Made by a program: the position numbers and the translations under genes. This document shows positions 24,747-37,405 of a stretch of 64,000 nucleotides of DNA, one piece after another (within the stretch, counting starts at the first letter, position 1; each line of letters starts with the position of its first letter). The DNA comes from Anthoceros angustus (lineage: Eukaryota > Plantae > Anthocerotophyta): positions 248,001 to 312,000 of the forward strand of contig MU008188.1 in the NCBI GenBank assembly GCA_010909165.1, in the 5' to 3' direction. The notes below the pieces were generated by a model. That model did not search any database and was not told the origin of the DNA. It saw only the letters and a program-made list of their open reading frames with translations.

Positions 24747-26953
24747 TCAAGCAGCTCCTAGAGTTCTACATTTCTTCTTCCGTTTTACTAGTCTTTCTGT
24801 CTCGGTTGCTTCCTCCCGATCCGCCACCCCGCCTTTCTGACCGTCCCTTTCCTTCCGCTTCACATGTCCCTCTGTCTCAATTACTTCCTCCCGATCAACC
24901 GCCCCGCCTTTCTTGCCCTTCCTTTCGCCAATTGTTACCACCGCTGTCACAAGGAAATCAATCAGTGTTAGAAACGCTTGAGCCTACGAACACAAAATCT
25001 TGCCAGGTTGCAGCTGAAAAAGAACTTCTGAAAGGGAGCTGGATAACCTGTGTCAGCTGGATAACCATTGGAGACCTGGAGCTCTGGTAGCGACGAGAAT
25101 GCTAATGCCAAAAGTTGCTGCTTCAGGAAAACCTGGATAGCAGAGCAAAGAGTTAGATGCACAGCTTGGCCATGTCATCAATGATCTGGGGATGCGGCGA
25201 GTGACAACCGTCCAACGAGAGTGGGTTGCGGGATAATACTGACAAACCTTCGCAAGCAATTGCCTTGTTTTGACATCATGGATTCTCAAGAATCGATCGA
25301 GACCTGTCAAAAGTAGAATGGAATTGGCATGAGCTTTTCTGTTTCGCACAACTCTGCCCGTAGGCAAGCAAACTCACTACGTAGCTTACCACAGGATGCC
25401 AACAGTGGTAGAGTAGGATGTCGGACAACCGCTCGAATGCTGCCAGCACAACCACCCTTGAAGGAGCCAAAGGATTGCCCTGATAAACACAAATCAGGTT
25501 AGACTCACTGTCAAACCTCACTGGCACACCTTCAGCGAGTAGGCTGCACCACTCGTAGAAAAGTTGCAGTGCACTCTGCTATAAGATGGCATACTCAACA
25601 CCCTCACCAGTCCGCATGTCAAAGCTGCTTATATCCCCGCTTCCAGTCCCTACATAGACTCTAAAACCATCACCCTCATCCACCATAGATGTAATTGGAG
25701 ATTCCCCATGGTCGAAAATAAGTACTGGTCTCCGCTGTGCCTTCACATCATACAAGCGTACCTAATCCAACTGAAATGCTGTAAGTCAGAGAATTTCGGC
25801 CGAGTTGGGCAGCTTGATTAGCCGTGCAACGGATCTCCTGGAAACAAGCAAAGAAGCGAGCAAGTCACCTGATGATAGCCAGTTCCAGCTACTATTTTCT
25901 GACTGTCGCCTCCACACAGGAATGTGACAGCGGTGATGTGAGGACGCGACACCAGTCCAAGCTTGTCTCTTTTCGGCTGTTTAAACCGATCAACTGTGTC
26001 AGAGACGGAGCTACACAGATAATTCACCGTGCTTGCACAAAGGATAGCTACAGGAACCCACCAATTTAGCAGCCCAAACACTTGACCCTGCCTCTAGGTC
26101 CCAAAGCTGAGGATCCGACCCTTTCCTGATCCCAAATCCAGCACACACAGTGAATGCCTCCAATTGCCTCAAAGGAATCGTCAACCCTAGCGTGCAAGGC
26201 CATGCAGCCGGGACGAGAGAGAGAGATCAGTACCCGCCATAGACGGCATGCTTCTCAGCATCATCCACCTTGAGACATAAAACGCCGCCTGTCTCGCACG
26301 CTCTCCACGCACTCACCGAAAGGCTGCCATCCAACGGTCCACCATCATCCGGAATTCCTTGCACGGCCAGAACCCCGTCTCCCGTGCATGTCAGCACAGT
26401 CCTGGCCCTGAAAACACACGAAACCAAGGTCAGTACGGAGCAGGACGCCGGAACGCAGGGCTCAGCGCCACAAGGTGCATAGCCATTGCCCTACCCCGAC
26501 GTGTCGTGGCGGAAGAGGTGCAGACCGCAAGCTCCATCCCCTTCCTCGCCGTGGCCCGCAGCAGGCTGGTCAGAGATCGAAGCAGGCACAGGCAGCTGCG
26601 CCCGCAACGCCCCGGATGCAGCATCCAGAACATCCACCTTCCCATTCTTCCTGGCAACGGCCACCTCCTGGCCGGCCACGGAGATGCGCAGCACGGCCCT
26701 GGAGGTATCGGGCTGGCCCCATCGTGCAACCACCTGCGGCACCGTCCCGGGCCCGGCCGCCTCCACCACTGCAGCCAGAGCAAGAAAAAGAAAAAGAAAA
26801 AGAGTCAGAAACGCGAATGAGCCGCGGCAGCGCCGAGACACGATCTCACTGTCTCGCAATCGCAGCACCTTTAAGGAAGCCCAGCGCGTCGCAGCAGACG
26901 GCGCGGAAGGCGGCGGGGCAGCCCGGCGGCTCCACCTTGGTAGCACGCGGCAT
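24747..26953 (-). CDS. WDR74: WD-repeat protein WDR74/NSA1 homologue (60S ribosome biogenesis), multi-exon
   Basis: ATG 26953: MPRATKVEPPGCPAAFRAVCCDALGFLK; VAVARKNGKVDVLD; PKRDKLGLVSRPHITAVTF; VRLYDVKAQRRP; GSIRAVVRHPTLPLLASCGLDRFLRIHD; basic C-terminus. Confidence 0.9.
24797..24946 (-). repeat. Two-copy 75-bp tandem duplication in the last exon of WDR74
   Basis: Units begin at 24797 and 24872 (ctgtctc..cttcctcccgatc..ccccgcctttct) and encode two 25-aa repeats ending in VKRK. Confidence 0.8.
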
Positions 26954-27211
26954 GGCGATCAAAATTCGTGAAACCCACTTTGGTGACAAGGTGATATATT
27001 TATAGGCCTGTAAAGGCAAAGGAGAGGAGAGGAGCGGAGAGGAAAGGAAAGGAAAGGAAAGGGCGGACCAACGAAAATAACTGACTAGCTAGAGCCTAGC
27101 CCGGGCTGGCGAGGTGCGGTCATGCCGCACCGTCTCCCAGTCTGATCGCGGCGAGAAGCCACTCTGCGGCGCGCGAGCGCATCGCAGCACATCGCAAGCG
27201 CAAGGCGCAAA

Positions 27212-30200
27212 ATGGAAGAAGCAATCGGACAGCTTGCGGCCAAAAACACCAAGCAGCGGATCGCGGGAGTGGAGAAACTCCAGGCGCTCTTGGATCGCGG
27301 CCCGACGGGGCTCACGGCGCAGCATGTGTCGGGCTTGGTGGACATGGCGCTCACGCTCTTGCGGGATAACAATTTCCGGGTGTGCCGGGGCGCGCTGGAG
27401 GCCCTGGCCTCCGCCACGGCTGTGGCCGGGGAGCACCTCAGGCTCCACTTCGGGGCGCTGCTGCCGGCCATCGTGGAGCGGTTGGGGGACGGCAGGCAGT
27501 CCGTGCGGGATGCCGCGCGGCGGCTCCTCCTGGCGCTCATGCAGGTGCTGGAATTGTTGTTGTTGTTGCTGCTGCTGCTGCTGAGATGGATTCCTGGGAG
27601 TAAGATTTGAGCCCGGGCGCGCATCCGCTCCGCAGATCTCTTGCCCTACCATTGTGATCGAAAAGGCGGGAAATTTCGCGTGGTGTCACAAGAATTGGAA
27701 GGTTCGGGAGGAGTTTGCGCGATCAGCCGCTTCTGCCGTGACGCTTTTTGCGCCTGCGGAGCTGCCGTTCCAGCGGCTTCTGCTTCCTAAAGTTACTACC
27801 TGGCTCGCCCTGGCTTGGCTTTTGCGTGGGATGTGCAATGCGGGTTTTTGGATGCCCTCGTCCCCCTCTTGGAATGACTGCTTGAGTTGCGCAGATGGTT
27901 CAATTGCTGGAGGACTCGAACAGCAACGTGCGTGAGGCAGCCATCGTTTGTTTGCAGGTGGATCCACCTTACTTGCCCACGGCCGTGTCCCGCCCGACTC
28001 ATGTCTTTTGAGACTTCTTTAAGTCTTGATTTGAGTGTCTGGGGCACCTTCCAGGAGCTATATCGCCAGGGCGGGGCACAGGTCAGGGACGAACTGCAGC
28101 AACATCAGTTGCGCCCTAGCCAGGTGCATAGTCTGTCTGTTGCTTCCACGATGTGACACCTGCTGCTCTGGGTGGGTGTTTGCAGCCTAATGCATTTGTT
28201 CATGTCAGCAGTCAATCTCCGGAATGTTTGGGCGCAGTTAAAGGATATACTGCAAAGGTTTGATAGAATTGAGCCTGGAAATCGGACTGTCGAAGCTGTG
28301 TTGAGTGAGTTGTCCACATCAGAGCCCAGATCTTCTGTGGGAAGTTATCAGCGAAGTGGTGTGAAAGTGAGGACCAAAGTGGCTGAGGTTTCGGCTTCTG
28401 GTCCGTCCCGTGCAATCCCACTCCTTTTTCCTTCTGCAAGCTTCGCAGTTTCAGCACGCTTATTTCATGCTGCGAATGTAAGTCAAAAATTGTGTTAACT
28501 TGCAAGATACTGTCTGACAGCAGGGGCCAGTTTTTGCAGGCAACATGGATGAACCAACGAGAAAAGTTGCTGCTGTAAAGGTGCAATCGGAGAAAGAACT
28601 GATGAGGGAGATGGAGAAGGCGGCAGGGTTGCTCGCATCAGAACATGATTGGTCCGTACGGATTGCTGCCATGCAACGGATTGAAGGTCTTGTATTGGGA
28701 GGTATTCTTCTCAGTACATACTTTCCCACCCGCAGCTCAGTTTTCTAGGTCAGTTCTTGAACATCCAGACATCTGCTGGATAGTAAGTGTTGTCTGACTT
28801 CTGGCAGCCGCACTGCTCTAAGCTTTTCCATTCTTCTCCTCTTTACCGGGTCGTCTCTTCTTGCGCAGGTGCTGCAGAATATGCATACTTCCCAACACTG
28901 CTGAAGCAGCTTGTAGAACCTCTGAGTGCTCAACTGTCAGATAGGCGCTCCAGTGTCGTGAAGCAGGTAATCTGGTTAGGTATTGTCACATCAATTCACT
29001 CGCGTTTCCTGAAACAGCATCACCTGCACAATCTTTCTTGGGTCAAGCTATCCCGTGTTACCAAGTAGAGTGTCGCTTTAGGTCTCAAGTCATGATTTGC
29101 AGTCATGCCCATTGCTAGAGGTTCCGTTGTATCTCAAAACTGAGAATAACAACACATGTTAGAATCAATTATCAAGCATGCGGAAAAGAGGTGGTAGTCC
29201 AATGCACAGTCCTCAGGAACTGTGGACTTTACCTGTTGGTTGTCAGGTTCTGCCCCCTCTCCGTTTCAGCCTCTGTCAACAGGTTTTGCTTCCCATGTAC
29301 ACCACTCTTGAGCTTATTTGTGTGCAGGTGTGTCATCTACTTGATTTTCTCGCAAAGGAAATGCATACGGATTTTGAGCCTTGCGCAGAAATATTCATAC
29401 CAGTTGGGTGCTTGCCTCATCAACTGCTCTGAGCCTTACCTGAATTCACAGCATGGACCTTTTAAAGTGAACTAGCATTTCTGATGCTTGCAGGCTCTTT
29501 TTAAACTTGTTGTTATCACTGTTCTAGTTATGGCCGAATCAGCAGACAATTGCATCAAAACGGTTAGCTCGTAGGACCCGGGCCATAGCTTGACATTTGG
29601 AATGGACGGTGTTTTTCCCTACTGTATTGAGGGTTACAGGGAACTTGATCATCCGCAGATGCTCCGCCACTGTCAAGTAGCTCGGGTCTATCCTCGGTTA
29701 CTGGATGCTGCAAAAGCTGATCGAAATGCTGTTCTTCGTGCAAGGCAACGTCAGCCATAGCAGACACTGAGACGAGAAATTCTGAACAGTGTTCACATTG
29801 CAGAATTTCTCTCAATTGGTGTGTTCTGACTTGAAATGCTCGTACCATGCAGGTGTTGTGAATACATGGTGTTGATCCTCGAGCAGTGGGCAGATACTCC
29901 TGAATTACAACGGTCGGTTGAACACTTTGAGGATGCTATAAGGTGTTGTACTGCAGATGCTATGGGCGAGGTTTGTTGTGGCTTGTACATCAGACTTAGT
30001 CTTGTCATTGCTTCTCTTGTAGGCCAATTTGTTTAAGGTTCCCTTTTGCAAAATTGTGGTACACTATGTACAAAGTTTTTGCAGGACAGAAGAAATAATT
30101 AACGCGTGATGTCATTTTCAGGTCCGAGCTATTGCAAGGCAGTGTTATCGCCTGTTTAAGAGGATTTGGCCTGATCGGTCCCTTCGCCTTGTTTCTACAT

Positions 30201-33200
30201 TCGACCCAACGATACAAAGAGTAAAACCTAGAAGTGTTAACGAACCACAATTGTCAGAGCAAAGCTACTTTAGTCAATACCTTTTCACTCGATTTAACTC
30301 CACCAGGTACTAGCTGAGGAAGATGGCACTTCTATGAAGCACTCCTATCCCTCAACAATGGATCAGGGTTCGTCAGTCTCAAGGCATCCTGCCAGTCCCA
30401 CGGCCTGTAAGCCTGCTACTGGAAAGGTAGGAGAGCAAGTGGGCAAAGCCAATACAGATCCTCAGTTGTATCCACTTGACGGACTAGAAGGAAGCTTGGA
30501 CTTTGAAGATTTTCTGAGCCAACAGCAGGTGAATTCCAGAGAAAGCATGCTCGATGGTCGGGTTACCTTCAGTGACAAGGGGTTTTGCTTGATGACTGAG
30601 CCTCCAAATGACAGAAGTCGTGGTAAGGGTTATTCGGCAAAAGTTATGTGCTGTATAGATCTAGAGGCTTGACATGGAACCTCCTTTACTCCCGCCTGTT
30701 CCGTCAGGGTAGTATGTCAGTGGTCAATAGCATGACTCCTCTGCTTGCTAGATTAGGTTGAGGGAAGCATTTAGCACAGCGGTATCAAGAAGTAGAGCCG
30801 AAAAGCTCTGTGTTCCCGTAAGTTATGAAGTGCGTGGAATGCATAAACACACCACTCGTCTCATTCACTCCCACCGTTTTCTGTGTGTGATGAAGTGGGT
30901 GGAAGTGGAAGTCATTGTGGAACTAGCGCTCCAGCTCCGTATCTATGTGATCGTGACTCTTCTCAGTCTGGTTCAGCACGTGCTATAGGTCAGGGGAGCG
31001 TGCAAGCATCCTCCTTGTGTAGTGCTACTTCAGACTCAGCAACTATTCCCAGCTCAGAGAATGCTGGGGCACGGGGCTGCCGAGCTTCAGGAGTTGAGAG
31101 AGTTTATAAATTCAAGGGCTCTGCAAAAGGGGACTCCAGTAGTTCAAGCCAGTTCGGCAGTTCAGTGTGTGGAAGCAATGATGGGCAAGGAATGGGGCCT
31201 TCGGCAAAAAGGATGCCTGGCTTTCAAAGGCCTCTGCTTAGGACATCGGGATCTGGGACATCTTCGAATCAGGATGAGAAGCAGGTTGTTGTCTTTGGTG
31301 CATTCGGGCAAGTACACAGCTACCCTGAAGGTCTGATCTCCTTGAAGAGCACATTGTGTGAAGGACTAAGCATGCGTTCAGACTGGTCAGCAAGAGTAGC
31401 AGCTTTCAATTTCCTGAAGAAGCTGTTGCAACAAGGGCCAAGGGGCGTGCAGGAGGTTGCACAGAGCTTCGACAAGGTCATGAAGTTGTTCTCTGAGCAC
31501 CTAGATGATGCACATAATCGAGTTGCTGAAGCTGCTCTTTCTGCTTTGATGCATCTCGTGCCTTCCTGCCAAAAGCCTTTGGAAGGCTATCTTGAGCGCA
31601 TTCTGCCCAGCGTGTTTGCAAGGCTGGTGGATTCAAAGGCACCAACTCGCCAGCTTGGCTCTCTAGCTCTAGAAGTATTTGCAAGCATTTACACCATCGA
31701 CACACTCCTGCCGGCTCTGCTTCGCTCGCTGGATGAGCAGCGCTCTGCAAAGGCTAAAGGGGCAGTCATAGACTTTGCAGCCGCAGGTTTTTCCAAAATG
31801 TCTCCAATTGGCGGGTTTAATGGTCATCTCAAGCTTTGGTTGTGTAAGCTAGCAGCCCTTGCACATGACAAGAGCCCTCGGCTAAAAGAAACTGCTCTCA
31901 CAGGCATCATATCTGTATACAACTACTTTGATTCTGCATCTGTGTTGAACTTTGTTTTGGGCCTACCGATTGAAGACCAGAGTGTGCTCCGTCGAGCACT
32001 GAAGCAATATACACCTCAGATTGAAGTTGACCTTCTCACCCACATGCAGAGTCGGTGTCAACGATCAAAGGCTAAGCAAGGCAATGATCAGGCAGAATCA
32101 CCTCCACTGACAAGTCAGAAACAAGTGCCAAGGGGAACGTCAAGAGCCTCATCAGGATTCTCGACTGGAGTTGGAACACCAATGTCTTCAGGGTCAGCAA
32201 GCATTTCAAGCAGACGGGATGCTTCACAAGCAGAATCGGAGTATCTGGAATTCCAGCAGACCAGTCACCTAGGGAAGTCCAATTGTAGACCACTTTCAAG
32301 GGGCTTTGATCGCCTGTCTAATGCTGGATGGACAAAGGATGAATCACATGGGTTTGTTGAAGTTCCAGAACCAACTGAAGAAATTCGGGGTAGTCTGCGG
32401 TCAAGCGAGCAAGAAATGGAGGATGACTCTATTATGCCTGTTCTTGATTTCCAAGGGTTGGCTAGCAGTGAGCACATCCTACTGAAATCAGATCTTGAAG
32501 GGAGGCAGATGCAGTCGAAAAATGAGACCAAATTTGGAGAGAAGACAATCAAAATCTCACTAGTCAAGTCCCTTGCGCATGACGTTCTATCCTTTTTGCC
32601 GAAAAAGGTATCCCACATGAGACTTCGTTATCTGTTATCTTCAGACACCTGGAGGAAGTCTTAAGTTTTGTGGATGAGGTACTTATTGTTCTGGGCTTTG
32701 TACGGAATCATGCTTTTAGATGTCGTCTTGGTGCAAGGAGAAGGCTCCAGATGAGAAATGTGAGATTCTCCAGGAGTTTCTCCGGCTTTCACGTGCAAAA
32801 CACTCATCAATCTGGTCTCAGGTGCGACCTCGGAAGGATGCATGATTGTGGGTTGTATCCTCCTCTGCCTGGTCAACGAACAGTTTTGGCCTGAAAGTGG
32901 GACTTCCCTGCTGTTCAGCACTTGAAGCAGATGTTGACAGTGGTTCTTGAGGCCTTGGCTGATCCAGATGCTGATGTGAGGGAGCTTGACCTATTGGTCG
33001 TACTCGAGTTGGTGAAAAACCAGGTTAGTGCAAGTCAGTTTTAGTCTTCCCGTGATCGATAAAGAGGTGCTGACCAATGTTTACTCACGGAATGCTCTGG
33101 GTGAAGAGGGAGCTGATGTGTTGATCTTGATCTTTAGCTTTGTCTCAGCCGAGTGTCCTGTATTGATGACAAATGCTGGTGTTTTTTGCAGGGCGATATA

Positions 33201-34161
33201 CTGAAAGATGCCACAGAGGCTTTGTTTGAGAAACTGCTACCATTGACCCACGACCCGTCTGCGAAGGTGAGGAATTTAGGTGTGATATTTTTGTGTGAGA
33301 CTGTGGCGGGCATGATGAAATGGTGAGTGACGCTTGTTGTCAGTCTGACGGACGTGTTTATGTCATGGTGTGTTGGATGTGGTAGATGACGGTAAGGGTG
33401 ATGGAAAGCTTGTGGTTTGCAACTTGTGACACAGGTGTGCCGTGCAGCTGAGAATAGCCTGTCTACGGTGCTGGCTTGTTTTGACCCTCAGCGATGCCTT
33501 GAGGTGAAGGAATAATGCAAGTAACTGTTTTGGGGCTTAGAAATACACGAGCATGGGTTTTGAATGTGACGTGATGTTTAACGACAGGTGATGGTAGACC
33601 AACTGCGCAGGAAAAGGCAGAAGCATTTAGTGGCTTGCATCAGGTCTTTGACAAAGGTGAAGACAATGTACATGGCGGCACTGGCCCTTTGGTTTGATTT
33701 GAAAACAGCTGCTGGTAACATGGATGACTTGGTTTGTACAGCTGATTGGTCGTGTTGTGAGCGAGGACCTCATCGGGCAGTTGCACTCTGTCTTGCCTGC
33801 ATTATTTGATGCTTTTGGAAACCAGAGTGCGGACGTTCGCAAGGTACTATTTGGTTGACGGCGATTTGGGCTTTTGTTGGCTAGATGAAGGTGCTAACGA
33901 GGGGCCTTGTTGTAGCAGGCTGTGGTGTTCTGCCTTGTAGAGATGTACATTGCTCTCGGGAAATCCTTAGTTCCCTACCTTGGGAGCCTGAGCAGCACTC
34001 AATTGCGGCTGGTGACCGTGTATGCAAACCGAATATCTCAGGTTTGTGTGCCACCTACCCTGCGTACTCCTCTTGTGTGACAGGCTGAAGATGGGAATGT
34101 GTTGACCAGGAGTATGACTGTGATGCATAGGCTAGGAGCGGATTGGCAGCGGCTGCAGTGA
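27212..34161 (+). CDS. CLASP: CLIP-associated protein (CLASP), multi-exon
   Basis: MEEAIGQLAAKNTKQRIAGVEKLQ...DNNFRVCRGALEAL...VERLGDGRQSVRDAARRLL; HDWSVRIAAMQRIEGL; DRRSSVVKQ; DWSARVAAFNFL; AFGNQSADVRKAVVFCLVEMY; TGA 34159-34161. Confidence 0.95.
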
Positions 34162-34773
34162 GGGATGTAGTAAGTTGATACGAGATAGGGATAGATGCGA
34201 GTTGTAATCTCTGTTTGGAAAGGCTTGACATCTATTCTATGCTGCCGCAGCGGCGGTGAGTTTTAGACGTTTTTATAGGTACCCTAGTCGCTTCTTGTTA
34301 TGTATCAAATTTATCCAATAGTGCTTCAGTTGTTCTGTATGGTATGCGGTGAGAGAGTAGCACACTTTGAGTAACACTTGCGTACGAGAGGTGAAGAAGC
34401 AAATATCCATTTGTCGGGGCATGTGCTGCAGTAGCAGAATGTGAGTGGGGAGTGGCATTGCAGAGGCAGCGGGGGGTGGTTGCAGGCTCCAGCCTCCAGC
34501 TTCCTCCTCGTTCTCGCCATCACCATCGCCATCGCCCGCCCTCGTGAACAGGGTGGAGCAGCGCATGGAGCAAAATGATTCGAGTATGTCTCTTCTCAGC
34601 CGGCGGGGGTCAGGCACGTGTGGTACTTGCGCAAGAGAGGCAGGAGCGAGGTCGGTGAGTCTCGAAATGCCTTGGACTGACGTGCTTGGGTTGGCGAGTA
34701 TGCAGAGTATGGAAGTCGGCATTTCCTGGTAGACGACGCAGGCGTCTTTTTCTCGTCTGCAGCGGTGACCGTG

Positions 34774-35710
34774 ATGGTGTCGTCCGCGGCTATTGTGGCC
34801 ATCGTGCTTATGTCGCTGGTGGTCACCCTGGGGCTGGTGCTGGGATCATGCGAGATGCAGCAGCAGCAGCCCCTGGCCGAGCCTGGGCATGACATCGCCT
34901 GCCGCTCCTTCGTCATCAACGCGGAGCTGGGGAATCTGCGAGGATGGATTGTGCCCGAGGAGTGCGAGCAGTACGTTAGCCAGTACGTGGAGAGCAAGCA
35001 GTACCCCGCAGACATCGCAGGAGCTACCCAGGCGGCGTATCAGTTTCTGCTCGACTCCGCCGTGAAGCCCGACGGCCTGGACGTCGTCGTGCTGGACATC
35101 GACGAGACCTCGCTCTCCAATCTGCCCTACTATCGCAAGCACCACTACGGGTACGTTTTGTGATCCCTTTCGTCCGTCTTGTGAGTTGCCGTTGGCCGCC
35201 ATGTCTCACTCCGCCCCGGATGCGGCAAATGCAATTGCAGCGCCGAGGTGTACAACGAAACCCTGTGGAACGAGTGGGTGGCGGAAGCAAGCGCGCCTCC
35301 CATAGCAAGCACTCTGCGGCTGTACCAGGAGCTGGCTGCGTCGGGATGGGGCCTGGTGTTCCTCACCGGCAGGCCCGAGAGCCAGAGGAATGACACGACG
35401 CGCAACCTGCTGGAGGCGGGCTACCATGGCTGGACTGACCTCATTCTGAGGTGAGTGCTGTGTTGAGGTCTCATTGCCGTGATCTGAAGCGCTGACGGGT
35501 GCGTCGTGCGCAATCAACTCTTGCTGCTGCAGATCGGAGACGGAGCACGGCCTGAACGCTCACGACTACAAGTCGAGGCGCAGAAGCCTGCTGGAAGCGC
35601 AGGGGTACCGCGTGTGGACCAGCCTGGGCGATCAGTGGAGCGACTTGAGCGGGCCGGCGGCAGGCAACCGCACCTTCAAGCTGCCCAACCCTTTGTACTT
35701 CATCTTCTAG
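34774..35710 (+). CDS. HAD superfamily class IIIB acid phosphatase with an N-terminal hydrophobic segment (5' extension from about 34565 possible)
   Basis: TM/signal stretch, CRSFVINAELGNL, HAD motif VLDIDETSLSNLPYY, FLTGRPESQR, GYHGWTDLILR, LGDQWSDL, TFKLPNPLY; TAG 35708-35710. Confidence 0.9.
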
Positions 35711-36016
35711 AGGAGTGTGGGGGCTTCCGGCTCCTGCCCGAGAGAGATTACAGGCGCGTGGTTAGGGAATGGAAATTCGAATGTTATGCATCGACGCTGG
35801 CGGACAAGTCGAAGTACGTAGATGCACCCCTGATTCTGAATATTTGATTTCTGCTGCCCCCTCTCATAATGAAGCCACGCAGGCCACAGTGACGGCAATT
35901 TGTCGTCTTTTCTCTTCCTACTTCTCCTCTGCTGCCGTAGCTTCGTTTCCTTCCCGCTCTCGCCTCGCCCGCTCTCGCTCGCTCCCGTCTGGTGCTCTGC
36001 TCTGTTCTTGCTCGCC

Positions 36017-37054
36017 ATGGACGTGACGGCGGAAAAGGAAGAGGGCGGCGGAGAGGTGGTGCTATACCACGAGGTGCAGGAGTCTCGGCTGTGCGCGGTG
36101 CATTGCATCAATTCGGCGCTGCAGGGGCCCTACTTCACGGAGGTGGATCTGGCGGCGCTGGCGGAGGATCTCGACCAGCAAGAGCGGCAGATGATGCTGG
36201 AGGGAGGGCTAGGGGAGGAATCGCCGGCCTACCTGCGCTTCATGGCGGAGGACTCCTCCAACGTGGCGGCCGACGGCAATTTCAGCATCCAGGTGCTCAA
36301 GAGCGCGCTGGAGGTGTGGAACCTGCAGTGCGTGTCGCTGGACTCGGACTCGGCCGAAGCGCACCAGGCGCGCGCGCAGCCCGAGCAGCAGGCCGCCTTC
36401 ATCTGCCACCTCGAGGCGCACTGGTTCGCCATCCGCAAGGTGGCCTCGGAGTGGTACAACTTCAACAGCCTGTATCCGGCGCCGCTCCACCTCTCCGCCT
36501 TCTATCTGGCCGCCTACCTCGACACCCTCAAGGCCGACGGCTGGAGCATCTTCCTAGTGCAAGGCAATCTCCCAACGCCCGCTGCAGCTCCTTCCCCGTC
36601 CGCCGCCGACCCCCACGCCTTCGGCCGCTGGATTTCTCCGCAACAGGCTCGCCAGGCTCACCGGGATTGGAACCAGCGCCGGAACCAGGAGCAACAGCAA
36701 CAGGATCAGGAGCAGCAGCAGCTGGACGCCGCCATCGCCGCCAGTCTCAAGGGTTCTTCTTCTCTGCAATCGCCTGCTCCTCAGCTCCTCCCGGTCTACT
36801 CTCTCTCTCTTAAACCCTTGCCTTCCTGATTGAGCCTGCCTGCTGCTGCATTCCACGCCTAGCGCCTTACCTTCTCCCTGGTTCACCAGCCGCCTGCTGT
36901 AGATGTCGCTGAGGACGAGGAGCGCGACCTGGCGGCAGCCATTGCGGCCAGCTTGAGTGAAAGCGCGCCACCGGATCCGGCCGCACTCGCGCGGGCTCTT
37001 GCGCAGTCCTTCTACTCAGCTGCGAGTGCTGGCCAACTGCCTCCGCCGCCCTAG
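36017..37054 (+). CDS. ATXN3: Ataxin-3 homologue (Josephin deubiquitinase + two UIMs)
   Basis: YHEVQESRLCAVHCINSALQG (catalytic Cys), HLEAHWFAIRK (His), YNFNS (Asn); UIM-like LDAAIAASL and DEERDLAAAIAASL; one intron inferred; TAG 37052-37054. Confidence 0.92.
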
Positions 37055-37405
37055 ACTCCTGATACTCCTCTATTTGTACGCGTATCATGGCACTCGAAAC
37101 GGAACGCTACGCTCGACCCCTTGGCCCGTCTCCAGCAGCTCAGGTATAGACCTCCTCATCACTTAAACAAACTTCTCCTTGTGTCCTTACAAAATTCTGT
37201 CTCGACTGATGGCGCCATCACCGCAACTGATGCCAGATCCAGCTCGTCTCCTCGTTTGCGGCTGTCCTACCTGTCAGAAGACGCTACTACGCTCTTTATT
37301 GGGGCTCTTGTCCTGCTTACCTGTTTACTACAAATGGTCGTGGTTTCCACGAGATTTTGCTAAACTACAATGGTTCTTCAATTACATCACTACAAGTACA
37401 TGCAT

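Noticed and set aside
27554-27583. (TTG)n(CTG)n, (GAGAC)n near 60471 and (AAG)n near 60232 microsatellites
   Set aside because: Ordinary short simple repeats in an intron or leader.
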